From a virus, in IMG/VR virus record IMGVR_UViG_3300013308_000002, positions 1-64,000 of that record: a stretch of DNA of 64,000 nt. The stretch is one strand, 5' to 3'. The translations under genes were made by a program, and so were the position numbers. Of this stretch, positions 55,694 through 64,000 are shown in pieces. Numbering within the stretch: the stretch's first letter is position 1; each line of letters begins with the position of its first letter. The notes beneath the pieces were generated by a model. The model saw nothing but the letters and a program-made list of their open reading frames with translations. It had not been told where the DNA came from and did not search any database.

Positions 55694-55884
55694 GACGGCA
55701 CATCCAAAAGCTCTTGAAGCGCGTCAACAACGTCCTCGACCGTTTCCAGGTGAGAATCCATGGCCAGCGCGGCAACTGCCACGATGCCAGCGCGGAGTTT
55801 GGCCAGGGCGATAGCATTGGCGTTTGCGCGGATTACGGTACTATCCAGAGCTTCTTGCAATTCATCTTTGGTCTTGCGGGACAT
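55690..55884 (-). CDS. hypothetical small protein (64 aa)
   Basis: A GGGCCTTCGGGCCC hairpin lies upstream. Confidence 0.45.
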   Translation of the reverse strand: MSRKTKDELQEALDSTVIRANANAIALAKLRAGIVAVAALAMDSHLETVEDVVDALQELLDVPS

Positions 55885-55932
55885 GGTTATTCTCCCAGGG
55901 AGGATGGGCCCGAAGGCCCGTGGATGGTTGGA

Positions 55933-56115
55933 TTAAATCCCAAGCTCACGTTCGGCGCGAAGCTTGATGCTGGCCCAGCGATTGGCAGCAGGCACCCAAA
56001 CACCGTCCTTTTTGGTTTCGCAGCGCCAAACGCCCTTGTCGTTGATTGCGCGGCTGTTAGCGTGCTGGTAGACCACTTGGGTGCCGTTGTTAGTGCTGTA
56101 GATTTGTGCGCTCAT
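55933..56115 (-). CDS. hypothetical small protein (60 aa)
   Basis: Preceded by promoter P11. Confidence 0.45.
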   Translation of the reverse strand: MSAQIYSTNNGTQVVYQHANSRAINDKGVWRCETKKDGVWVPAANRWASIKLRAERELGI

Positions 56116-56119
56116 CTGT

Positions 56120-56210
56120 CATTCTCCAGAGGGTTTTGCGTTTCGATGAGCCGATTCTACGCTTGGGACATTTCACCGTCAAGCACTATTTCAATGTAAA
56201 TTGAAATTAT
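56120..56210 (-). promoter_or_regulatory. early promoter P11 (AAATAGTGCTTGACGG-17-TAGAAT, leader GGCTCATCGAAACGCAAAAC) preceded by palindrome ATTTCAAT-TTAC-ATTGAAAT
   Basis: Same family as P4 and P7 although located 45 kb away. Confidence 0.5.
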
Positions 56211-57160
56211 TTCAGCGCGATGAGTCGTCGCGAATATGCCGATGCGCTGATCAGGCGGTCGATGGTCTTGATGTCGGACACTACGTCATCCAGCAAGATG
56301 TTGCGCCACGTAGCAAAGCGCCCGAGGGAAAACAAGTTATGTGCGTGGGTGAGCTCGAACATGATTGCTTCGCGGTCGGCCTTTGGCATGTCGACCATCT
56401 TGCCGAAGTTCTGGATGTTGAATGAAAAGGAAGCGATATCCAAATCTTTCACCTCCAGACCGAACGAATACAGCGCAACGTTCAAGTCGTCCAGGTTCAA
56501 ATCGGAAGAGTTCGCGCCATTACCGTCACACAGAGCTTCGATAATCAAGTTGTCGCCGGTAATGGAAGCCCGGAAAATATTCAAGTCCGGATCTGGGAAG
56601 TACACAGTTTGGTACACGTCGGAAGGCGCGGCCAACTTGTAACGACTAACTTGGATGGAAGACTTGTCGAATTTAAATGGAACGGCAAAAGTCGACTCCA
56701 TTCCGGTGGCCGCGAGGTTGACCGACATTGGCGCAGTCGAGACTATGGCGCAGTCACTTTTGATGGACGCGCCAATTTCGACGCCCCAGCTGATACGGGC
56801 TTGGTGTTTAGACACAAGCTGCTGGTAGAAGTCATCCGGCGCAATATACCGCTCGCAAGCGTCCAGGTTGGCGATAGAACGCGCTGATACGCCACCAGAG
56901 ACTTTCAGGCTGTAGAGGTTCTGGTCACGAATGGAAGCGTACGACATCACTCGGTCGTTGCTGTAGACCGCCTTCTGGACGCGGACCTTTTTGAATGGGA
57001 TGCCGGTCAGCTCGGCGACGGCGGTGGAGCGGAAGCGGAGAAGTGCGGTGTGGTTCTCTGTGGGACCTGGCATGCGGTCGATAACGCGAGCATCTTTGAA
57101 ATGACTCGCGGCCAGAAGCCCAGCGAGGCCAGCGCCGACAATAACAATATTTTGAGACAT
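56207..57160 (-). CDS. FAD/NAD(P)-binding oxidoreductase
   Basis: N-terminal dinucleotide-binding motif IVIVGAGLAGLLAA from the internal ATG MSQNIV. Confidence 0.7.
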   Translation of the reverse strand: MSQNIVIVGAGLAGLLAASHFKDARVIDRMPGPTENHTALLRFRSTAVAELTGIPFKKVRVQKAVYSNDRVMSYASIRDQNLYSLKVSGGVSARSIANLDACERYIAPDDFYQQLVSKHQARISWGVEIGASIKSDCAIVSTAPMSVNLAATGMESTFAVPFKFDKSSIQVSRYKLAAPSDVYQTVYFPDPDLNIFRASITGDNLIIEALCDGNGANSSDLNLDDLNVALYSFGLEVKDLDIASFSFNIQNFGKMVDMPKADREAIMFELTHAHNLFSLGRFATWRNILLDDVVSDIKTIDRLISASAYSRRLIALK

Positions 57161-57219
57161 GATACACCTATATATCAAGTTATCGGCAGAATTGCCGTTC
57201 ACACTAAACTGGAGGCGAA

Positions 57220-57246
57220 GAAAAGCCCCAACTAAGGGGCTTTTCA
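57220..57246 (-). terminator. rho-independent (bidirectional) terminator
   Basis: GAAAAGCCCCAACTAAGGGGCTTTTCAG. Confidence 0.65.
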
Positions 57247-57263
57247 GTTACTTCACAGGGCGC

Positions 57264-58157
57264 TTACTCGCCTTGTTCGTTGTGCTCGCCAGCTTCCGGC
57301 GATTCGTCACCAGCCGGTGCATCTGGTTGGTCGACCGGCGCTTGCTCTTCAACCGATTGGAAGTCCAGGTGGCCCATTTCTTCCAGTTTTGCCAGGTAGC
57401 TGCGGACTGGGGTGCCGTACAGCAAGCCCTTCACGCTTTCGCCGAACTCAGCGATGGAAACCGGCACGCCGACTTCGATGTTGTCGAGGATGTGCTGGTA
57501 AATCTTGCCGCGAATCGACAGGGCTTGCGGAGTCGACAGGCCTTTGCCGGTGAAGATGAAGTGGGTGGCACGAGCGCGACGGCCACCGTTCAGCTTGGTT
57601 TCGGCCTTGCGATCAGCGATGGCTTTGGCACGGGCTTCGGCTTCATCTTTGCGCGCTTGCTTGTTGGCTTCGACTTCGGCCTTGCGGGCTTCGATGCCTT
57701 CAGCACGTTCCAGTTCACGCTGGGCTTTACGGTCGGCCTTTTCCTGCAGCTTCAAAGCAGCATTGGCTTCTTTTTCGGCCGCGCCCTGGGTGGCTTTCAG
57801 CGCTTTGGCAGCTTCACGCTCAGCAGCTTTTTCAGCCTTGGCGGTTTCGCGCTCGGCAGCTTTCAGAGCGTTCTTTTCGGCGCGCTCGGCTTCTTTCTTC
57901 GCGTTTTCTTCTTCGCGGCCAGCTTCCTTCAGCGCGTTTGCTTCGTTGCGCTTGGTTTCGCGTTCAAGGTTCTTGGCTTCGCGCTCGGCTGCTTTTGCAG
58001 CGGCCTTGGTTTCGCGGTCCAGTTGCTTTTGAGCCAGTTCAGCGGCTTTCTGTTCGGCTTTTTGTTCTTTGGTCAGGTCGTTCACGGTAAAACTCCAAAT
58101 TTCGTTAAGTAAGTAATTAGATCTGGGCTTCTGCCCGGTGAAAGAAGTATGCAACAA
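57264..58157 (-). CDS. coiled-coil repeat protein (AERExAKxLK-type repeats) with C-terminal globular, possibly winged-helix domain
   Basis: About 170 aa of K/E/A/R repeats encoded by DNA-level repeats. The true start may be GTG near 58085. Confidence 0.6.
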   Translation of the reverse strand: MLHTSFTGQKPRSNYLLNEIWSFTVNDLTKEQKAEQKAAELAQKQLDRETKAAAKAAEREAKNLERETKRNEANALKEAGREEENAKKEAERAEKNALKAAERETAKAEKAAEREAAKALKATQGAAEKEANAALKLQEKADRKAQRELERAEGIEARKAEVEANKQARKDEAEARAKAIADRKAETKLNGGRRARATHFIFTGKGLSTPQALSIRGKIYQHILDNIEVGVPVSIAEFGESVKGLLYGTPVRSYLAKLEEMGHLDFQSVEEQAPVDQPDAPAGDESPEAGEHNEQGE

Positions 58158-58248
58158 TTGAATATCTAAGGCAACTAATTTTTGTGGATAACGCGAAATA
58201 TTTTTAATTCCGAGTTATCCAACTAAGCACGGAACTTTCCGTCGTACA

Positions 58249-59457
58249 CTACTTGTATCGGCGTATCGACAGATATGTAATGGCACGAGTAATGCCGGTA
58301 TACATTAGTTGGTGATACGGCACTCCACGTAGCAACTCTTCCAGAATCAAAACTAGCGGCCATTCCGAACCCTGGGACTTGTGGATGGTCAAGCAATAAC
58401 CAAAGTCCCATCCGCCAACTTTCTTAACGGCCTCTTCGCGTATGTCTTGGTATTCAGAGAAAGATGCCGGGTTGAACTTAGCATAACGCTCAACTCCATC
58501 GGTCAACGATTTGACGACAACTAACATCATGCCATTTGGATCGTCCTTATCTTGGTCGTCTTCTGGAATGGCTTCATAACGAATGACGATGCCTTGCTCG
58601 CCGTTCATCGTTTGATAGCCGTGCTGGTTGAACATGCACACGATCTTCTCGCCAACTTGCGGGAACGTACCAGAGAATCCCAGGGCCTCACGGGCGCGCT
58701 TGTTGTAGTGGTGTCTCGTTGAGTTGTACGAGCAAAGGACAACGGCGTCTTCACCGAGGAACGACAGCAACTCTTCGTCGGTGATGGTGCCGTCTTTAAC
58801 GGTTACGTCGTCATAGATTTTTGTTGGAAGGCGTTTGCCTTGGCGCACAAACATGGAGGCGCGAACGATATTGCCGGCGTTGCGCTCGATTTGGTCCAAC
58901 AGGACATCGGTAGTGCCTTCGACGAACCAAGCCTGGGCCTTGACCGGAGGGATCTGGCCGGTATCGCCTAGCGCCAGCAGAGGGATGCGGTGCTCAAGGA
59001 TTTTGTCGCGGTCATACACGCCGACCATAGATGATTCATCCATAGCAACGAGTCGCGGCCGTTCATCCAAGTCGCCCTTGGCAACAAAGATAGGCTCGCC
59101 ATCTTCGTCTTCGCCACGGACGTTATAGATGAACTGGTGAAGCGTCTTCGCGTTCTTACAGCCTTTCTGGCGGAGTCGGCTTGCGGCCTTGCCGGTCGGA
59201 GCAATAAATTGACACCAGTCCATCCCACAGCAAAGCTCGGCGATGATGCGAGCAATCGTCGTCTTGCCAGTCCCGGCATAACCGGCCAGCGAGAATACTT
59301 GGCGCCGGTGCTTACGGTCCTGCCAACCTTTGTACCAATGCACGGCCTTGTTGATGGCCGCAACTTGCTGATCGTTAATGGTCGGGAATTCGAAGCGCTC
59401 GGCCAAATACTCGGCAGTATACGTTTCGTAAGCTACTGCGTGTTCCATGTAGGGCAT
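58249..59457 (-). CDS. Dda/RecD-like superfamily 1 DNA helicase
   Basis: Walker A GYAGTGKTT; Walker B AMDESSMV. Confidence 0.85.
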   Translation of the reverse strand: MPYMEHAVAYETYTAEYLAERFEFPTINDQQVAAINKAVHWYKGWQDRKHRRQVFSLAGYAGTGKTTIARIIAELCCGMDWCQFIAPTGKAASRLRQKGCKNAKTLHQFIYNVRGEDEDGEPIFVAKGDLDERPRLVAMDESSMVGVYDRDKILEHRIPLLALGDTGQIPPVKAQAWFVEGTTDVLLDQIERNAGNIVRASMFVRQGKRLPTKIYDDVTVKDGTITDEELLSFLGEDAVVLCSYNSTRHHYNKRAREALGFSGTFPQVGEKIVCMFNQHGYQTMNGEQGIVIRYEAIPEDDQDKDDPNGMMLVVVKSLTDGVERYAKFNPASFSEYQDIREEAVKKVGGWDFGYCLTIHKSQGSEWPLVLILEELLRGVPYHQLMYTGITRAITYLSIRRYK

Positions 59458-59467
59458 GATATCGGCC

Positions 59468-59917
59468 TTAAGAAGCGAAAGTTGGTTGTTTAGGTTGAAC
59501 GACGTTTTGTCTCTTTACAAGTTTGGTGATTGTATCCAGAACTAAGCGAGTCTTGCCGTCTGGAACGGACCAGCCGGCGTCTTTGGTGTACTTCACCCCT
59601 TCATCGTCCACCCAATACAGTTTGGTGGCGCGTATTTGATGGGGCTTTCCTATTCCGCCCTTACCGAACACTATAACGCGCCCTTCGTGGGTGAGTCGTA
59701 GGTCGTTACTCGGAGAACTTCCCGGTGCAGTGTGTATAGTAGACAGAGCGAGGCGCGGCCAGGTCACTTCAGCAGGATAGCCAGCCTTAGTTCCATTCGT
59801 CTTGCGCCACCGGGAGCGGTCGTTGTCGATCCAATGGTGATTGCCTTCCTTTAGTAGCACGTCGACTTTGTAGCCGTCTTCGTGATAGATGGTGCCGCGA
59901 AAAATGTACTTGCCCAA
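59468..59917 (-). CDS. hypothetical protein (149 aa)
   Basis: TTG start. Downstream of the helicase. Confidence 0.45.
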   Translation of the reverse strand: MGKYIFRGTIYHEDGYKVDVLLKEGNHHWIDNDRSRWRKTNGTKAGYPAEVTWPRLALSTIHTAPGSSPSNDLRLTHEGRVIVFGKGGIGKPHQIRATKLYWVDDEGVKYTKDAGWSVPDGKTRLVLDTITKLVKRQNVVQPKQPTFAS

Positions 59918-60086
59918 AGTGTTCGCCTACTGTCTGATTTGAAGGAGGTTTGCCGATACATCAGCAACCAACTATTATAAGGTCAGCTCTGCGATAAAGG
60001 CAAACGCCTAATTAACTGCTTGCCTTCTTATCAGAATTAGAGCAGTATTAGTGGCTCAACCAACCACAAGCCGAAAGGTACATAAG

Positions 60087-60656
60087 ATGGATAACAAGCT
60101 GGACCACGTAAGTATCATGCAAGGCAAGATCGAAAGCCTTCACCATGTCTGCAAAGAGCTTCTAGGCGTCATCGGAGAGTTCCGGGCGCTACCGACGCGC
60201 TGTCTGGAAGACCGCATGTTCAAGACCGCCGACCGCTATCGGAAGCGCGTGGACGACAACGCCCCGGACTCCACCATGTTCCTGTCGATGACGCTTGGCG
60301 TCCCGGTCCAAACGCCGGTATACGTCAACTCCGGCCGTCGCCTTCTCATCATCCTCCGCAAAGCCGGGGCTCCAGAAGGTAAAGAGGCAGAGGCCCTGCG
60401 GACGTTCCTCTGGCTGCGAGATAGCCTGTCTCTGCGTCTTGACCTCCAGACCGAAGGCGTTGCAGAGCGGATCATCGTCGAGTCCTTAAAAGGTGTCCCG
60501 ATGGTTCCTGCTCCAAAGACCGGGACCGAGGGCCAGAAGGTTGTTGAACTCGCGTTCGCCCATGGCGCCATCGCCGGTCGGGCTCGCTTCTGGCTGAATA
60601 GCCTTCTGGAAGAAATCGAAACGCTCAACGCGAAAGTTCGTGGCGGTGCGGTATGA
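60087..60656 (+). CDS. hypothetical protein, tandem paralog 1
   Basis: ATG with GAAAGG SD. FAHGAIAGRARFWL in this copy corresponds to FAYGATPGRSRIWL in the next gene. Confidence 0.55.
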   Translation: MDNKLDHVSIMQGKIESLHHVCKELLGVIGEFRALPTRCLEDRMFKTADRYRKRVDDNAPDSTMFLSMTLGVPVQTPVYVNSGRRLLIILRKAGAPEGKEAEALRTFLWLRDSLSLRLDLQTEGVAERIIVESLKGVPMVPAPKTGTEGQKVVELAFAHGAIAGRARFWLNSLLEEIETLNAKVRGGAV

Positions 60657-61066
60657 CTCACAACTTCGAAACCAAACAAGCGGTCGATAACCAAGGCCGT
60701 CGAATCCTTCGTGACGTCCAAGAAATGAACTCGCCACCTGGGATGGAGGTGACGCTTCTGGCCGTGACTCTCCACAAGTTGGATAAGCTCAAGATCGAAT
60801 GGCGCCTGATGAAAGAAGGCAACCAGCGACAGTTGATCGATGACGTCATCAAAGCGATTGGTCCGCGCCAGTTCGATAACGATCCGTCGCGGCCTGGGTA
60901 TTCGTGCGTTAAGTGCCTGTTTGCTTACGGGGCTACTCCAGGACGCTCGCGCATCTGGCTGAAAGAGGCCATGCTTGAGTTGACTCAACTTAAGCGTCAA
61001 GTCGAGTTCTATAAGTGCAACCCAATGCCCGATGAAGCTGATCCGCATAGCAGGTTCGCCCGGTGA
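60653..61066 (+). CDS. hypothetical protein, tandem paralog 2
   Basis: ATGA overlap with the preceding gene; alignable with it over the full length. Confidence 0.55.
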   Translation: MTHNFETKQAVDNQGRRILRDVQEMNSPPGMEVTLLAVTLHKLDKLKIEWRLMKEGNQRQLIDDVIKAIGPRQFDNDPSRPGYSCVKCLFAYGATPGRSRIWLKEAMLELTQLKRQVEFYKCNPMPDEADPHSRFAR

Positions 61067-62139
61067 GTAAGTCGCGGCTGGAGGCGGCCGAAGAGTTCCT
61101 GGTCCAACTGAAGCATACCATTCCGGAGACGGAGCGGGTGATGGCCGGTTACGCAGATGAAGCAACGGTGCAGACTGACGAAAACGGCAAGAAGTTGAAT
61201 GCCGCGTGGTGGCCTGTGCCTTGGAATAACGGAAAGTACATTAACACAAAGGCGAACTGTTATGCCTGTATCTCGTCGTCAATTAAAACAGCGAACCCGC
61301 ACAACGGCCAGATGCGCTTCTGGCGCGGCGAATCGTCCTTTGGTCACGGGCTGGCAGTTATGGTGGATGACATCGGATTTGGAAAAGGCTCTAAAGGAGG
61401 ACTTGGCCTTGACTTCTTCGAGGCTATTCTACCGCCGACTGTCACAGTCGAAACTTCGCCTGGCAACTATCAGTTGTGGTATTTCTTCGATACGCCCGTT
61501 GATTCGCTAATCCACTTCAAGGCTCTGCTGAATAGCTTTGTGGCTAACGTGCTCAAGAAGGGCGGTGATAATACCATTAAGGATACGAGCCGTTACGGTC
61601 GGATGCCGATTGGCATTAACAACAAGAAGCATGGTCCAGACATGCAACTGAAGTACGAGACGGCAGATGGCAAGCCGTTCGAAGTTCAATTGGTCCAGGC
61701 GGATTATTCGCGGCGCTACTCTCCTGAAGATATCGCGAGCGCGTTCAAGTTCACCATTGTAGTGCCGCAAAAACAGATTATCCAGATTGATGCAGAGGAA
61801 TATAAGTACGACCAAGTTTGGCTACATATCGCCGAGTACGTCACCAACAAGGCAAAGATGGGTGAAGCGACTGGCGGTGACGTTAACATGAATATGTCCG
61901 GCAAGTTCCGGATCAAATGCCCTTGGGGTCACGAACATGCCAACGGTGATCCGTCTGGCGCGTACTTCCGTGGACCGATTCCCGGCGCTGAACATGAGTT
62001 CATATTCGGTTGTGGCCATGACGGATGCCGTAAGAAGCGCAGGACATGGGCCGTATTTATCGATGAAATAGTAATCCCTGAGATAGCAGGCCGTTTGGAA
62101 GCTATTAACCGTAAAGCAGCAGGGTTGGATCCAGCATGA
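61063..62139 (+). CDS. primase-polymerase (prim-pol / AEP-like) with C-terminal Cys/His zinc-binding region
   Basis: Motifs MVDDIGFG and ETSPGNYQLWYFF; C-terminal CPWGHEH...CGHDGC. Confidence 0.5.
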   Translation: MSKSRLEAAEEFLVQLKHTIPETERVMAGYADEATVQTDENGKKLNAAWWPVPWNNGKYINTKANCYACISSSIKTANPHNGQMRFWRGESSFGHGLAVMVDDIGFGKGSKGGLGLDFFEAILPPTVTVETSPGNYQLWYFFDTPVDSLIHFKALLNSFVANVLKKGGDNTIKDTSRYGRMPIGINNKKHGPDMQLKYETADGKPFEVQLVQADYSRRYSPEDIASAFKFTIVVPQKQIIQIDAEEYKYDQVWLHIAEYVTNKAKMGEATGGDVNMNMSGKFRIKCPWGHEHANGDPSGAYFRGPIPGAEHEFIFGCGHDGCRKKRRTWAVFIDEIVIPEIAGRLEAINRKAAGLDPA

Positions 62140-62498
62140 GATATTGGACTTTGAGCTATAAGTACCCGGACACCGGAGTTGTTCGGCACGCGGACGGGTT
62201 GAATAAGGGCGAGTGCGTGCTTCGGTTTAAATCGGAGTGCAATCTGATTATGCTTTCTACTCATCCTGAGCATGTCTTCAGGGAAATGGGAATGCGCGGC
62301 CTTTTGCCTGCATGGAGTAGTACCGAAAACCTTTACTACAGAAAGCCAAAGATGGTTTTGGACGGTCCATATTTGACCGTACCAACGATGGGTCCGGTGG
62401 CTGCTCTTACTGTCCTCGAAAAGATGCTATTCAACAAGGCGCTCCGTTTCGCAGCCAGATGGAACGAAAAGATCCTGCGCGAAGCTTTACGCTGCTGA
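62136..62498 (+). CDS. hypothetical protein (120 aa)
   Basis: Start overlaps the stop of the preceding gene. Confidence 0.5.
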   Translation: MRYWTLSYKYPDTGVVRHADGLNKGECVLRFKSECNLIMLSTHPEHVFREMGMRGLLPAWSSTENLYYRKPKMVLDGPYLTVPTMGPVAALTVLEKMLFNKALRFAARWNEKILREALRC

Positions 62499-62540
62499 TT
62501 CAAAAGGTTACAATCCGCCCATATCTCAAGGAATATTGAA

Positions 62541-62879
62541 ATGAAAATCACCCTGCTCTACGGCACCAAGATGGAGAACCACAACCTCCAAGTCGTTCGC
62601 GCCGCCGATTACCTCCGGACCAACGCCCTGATCCTGACCGACCGGACGACCGAAGCCTCTCTCAAGAGCCTGATCAAAGCAGCCCACGAAAGCGACGGCG
62701 ACCCAGAGCCTCACATCCTCCTGGTAACGAACGATCCAACCTTGACAGTCACCGTCCTGATCCACCTCGCGGCCACCTTCCCTGAGCTCTATTCGATCCG
62801 CTGGAGTGGTAACTGGGGATTCGACGCAACCCAGGCCTTCCGTGTGGTGCCTTGGCCATCCGAAAAGACCGAACAATAA
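62541..62879 (+). CDS. hypothetical protein (112 aa)
   Basis: ORF between the prim-pol gene and the P-loop primase/helicase gene. Confidence 0.5.
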   Translation: MKITLLYGTKMENHNLQVVRAADYLRTNALILTDRTTEASLKSLIKAAHESDGDPEPHILLVTNDPTLTVTVLIHLAATFPELYSIRWSGNWGFDATQAFRVVPWPSEKTEQ

Positions 62880-62986
62880 GCGACATCTATTTGCCGGATT
62901 AGTTCCGATGGGGGAGAATAGGCAGCCCCTAGCCATCCGGGGTTCAACCCTCGCATAATTCACCATGCGAATCTCTGAGAGTCTAT

Positions 62987-64000
62987 ATGACCGAGCATGA
63001 ATCACCTGGAATCGATGGGCCGGTTAGTGACGGCTCCGATTACTTTGACATCACACAGGTTGAAGATGTACCGCTAGACGAAAGCCCGATGATGAAAGCC
63101 GCTGGCGAAAAGGCTGAGAAGGCCGTTCTGAACATGGACCATAAGGCGAACCAACGCGAGTTGAACCGCGCCGAGTGCTATATTGAAACGGATCTAGTCA
63201 AGCGCGCACGCCTCCTGACGTCGATGGATGCGATCAAGTTCGTCCACTACAAGAAGGGCAATCCAAACGATCCTGAGAACGTCGGGATGCGAGCCAAGAC
63301 CGATTCGCTGATGAACCGCCACGCGGTCTATGACGCGCTATTCGACTTCGGCTCAGGCAAGGTGCCGTATCCCCACTACGACACGTTTCGGGCGCGGCTA
63401 GTCGATCACGAAGGGCAAGTATTCAGCACCAAGACGCTACGCACCCGCGAGCTGGTACGCGCCATCGACAAGGCCGGGATGGAGAACCCTTCTGACAAGG
63501 AAGTGGCCGACTCGTTGCGGTCCTGGGCTTTGGATCACCGACGCGATAGCCTGGCAGAGTTCTTTGAGGCGTCGATCCCAAAGTGGGACGGCGTTCCTCG
63601 TTTGGACACTCTCCTTCTGACGCTCTTTGAGCCAAGGGACACTCCGATCAATCGGCTATTCAGTCGGTACTTTTGGATGAGCCTCTATAAGCGAGTCACG
63701 GACGCTGGAGCCCAAGCCCCTATCATCCTTTCGCTCATTGGCGCGCAGGACTTGGGGAAGTCGTATTTCTCTGTGTTACTTTGCCGCCTGCTAACGGGTG
63801 ATGATTCCGTTGGCCCGGTGAAGTTGGACTTGGGCGCGAAGAGTTACAACACTTTCTTGCGTAGCATCACCGGTAAAAGTTTGATCGCAGTTATTGGCGA
63901 AATGACCGGCTTCAAACAAGGCGACATGAACCGCATCAAGGATTTTGTAACTAAGACCGAAGATGACCTGGACTTCAAGTTTGAAGATTCGATCATTAAA
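62987..64000 (+). CDS. VirE-like P-loop primase/helicase (partial; runs off the window)
   Basis: Open reading frame from the ATG at 62987 to the window end. Walker-A-like IGAQDLGKS. Confidence 0.55.
   Translation, partial: MTEHESPGIDGPVSDGSDYFDITQVEDVPLDESPMMKAAGEKAEKAVLNMDHKANQRELNRAECYIETDLVKRARLLTSMDAIKFVHYKKGNPNDPENVGMRAKTDSLMNRHAVYDALFDFGSGKVPYPHYDTFRARLVDHEGQVFSTKTLRTRELVRAIDKAGMENPSDKEVADSLRSWALDHRRDSLAEFFEASIPKWDGVPRLDTLLLTLFEPRDTPINRLFSRYFWMSLYKRVTDAGAQAPIILSLIGAQDLGKSYFSVLLCRLLTGDDSVGPVKLDLGAKSYNTFLRSITGKSLIAVIGEMTGFKQGDMNRIKDFVTKTEDDLDFKFEDSIIK

Noticed and set aside
55895-55930. The GGGCCCGAAGGCCC hairpin and the recurring AGGCCCGTGGATGG motif (also at 42493), considered as a possible repeated mobile or REP-like element.
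   Set aside because: Only two copies were seen, both in positions consistent with ordinary terminators or intergenic hairpins. The evidence is insufficient to call it a repeat family.
1-64000. Searched for tRNA genes, integrase/recombinase, transposase or attachment-site repeats.
   Set aside because: No T-psi-C-like GGTTCGAAT cores with acceptor-stem pairing were seen. No Tyr/Ser recombinase motifs and no IS-like inverted repeats flanking a transposase were seen. The window appears to be phage interior rather than a prophage boundary or mobile element.

Overview
This window is a contiguous stretch of a tailed, contractile-tail (myovirus-like) dsDNA phage genome, either lytic or a prophage interior. 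No integrase, tRNA or CRISPR array was seen. The genes fall into four strand blocks. (1) Positions 1-11300 are mostly minus-strand early/accessory genes: an SPFH/band-7 operon, several small membrane peptides, two internal paralog pairs, and a family of at least 12 near-identical sigma70-like promoters with a conserved 5' leader. (2) Positions 11360-42022 are plus-strand packaging, head, tail and lysis genes: TerL, a portal with a C-terminal inorganic-pyrophosphatase-like domain, an SPP1-gp7/Mu-F-like head morphogenesis protein, scaffold, major capsid, sheath, two tube paralogs, a tape-measure protein with an SLT domain, baseplate proteins, a tail fibre and a GH19 endolysin. This block is interrupted at 13353-18440 by a minus-strand accessory island that carries the early-type promoters. 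(3) Positions 42068-59917 are minus-strand DNA replication, repair and nucleotide metabolism genes: ATP-dependent ligase, MazG-like protein, a candidate SSB, SNF2 helicase, VRR-NUC nuclease, a DnaE-type Pol III alpha with a separate DEDDh exonuclease, SDR, HAD phosphatase, a ThyX-like protein with an altered motif, an FAD oxidoreductase, a coiled-coil repeat protein and a Dda/RecD-like helicase. (4) Positions 60051-64000 are plus-strand genes: tandem paralogs, a prim-pol-like primase and a VirE-like P-loop primase/helicase truncated at the window edge. The most unusual items are: a dense array of alternating-orientation GGAAAGT iterons with an AT-rich core at 21909-22382, the portal-pyrophosphatase fusion, the promoter family with variable palindromes at the -10/-35 elements, and the auxiliary nucleotide/redox gene cluster that may specify a nucleotide or DNA modification. 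All functional calls are from motifs read by eye and gene order; no database search could be run.
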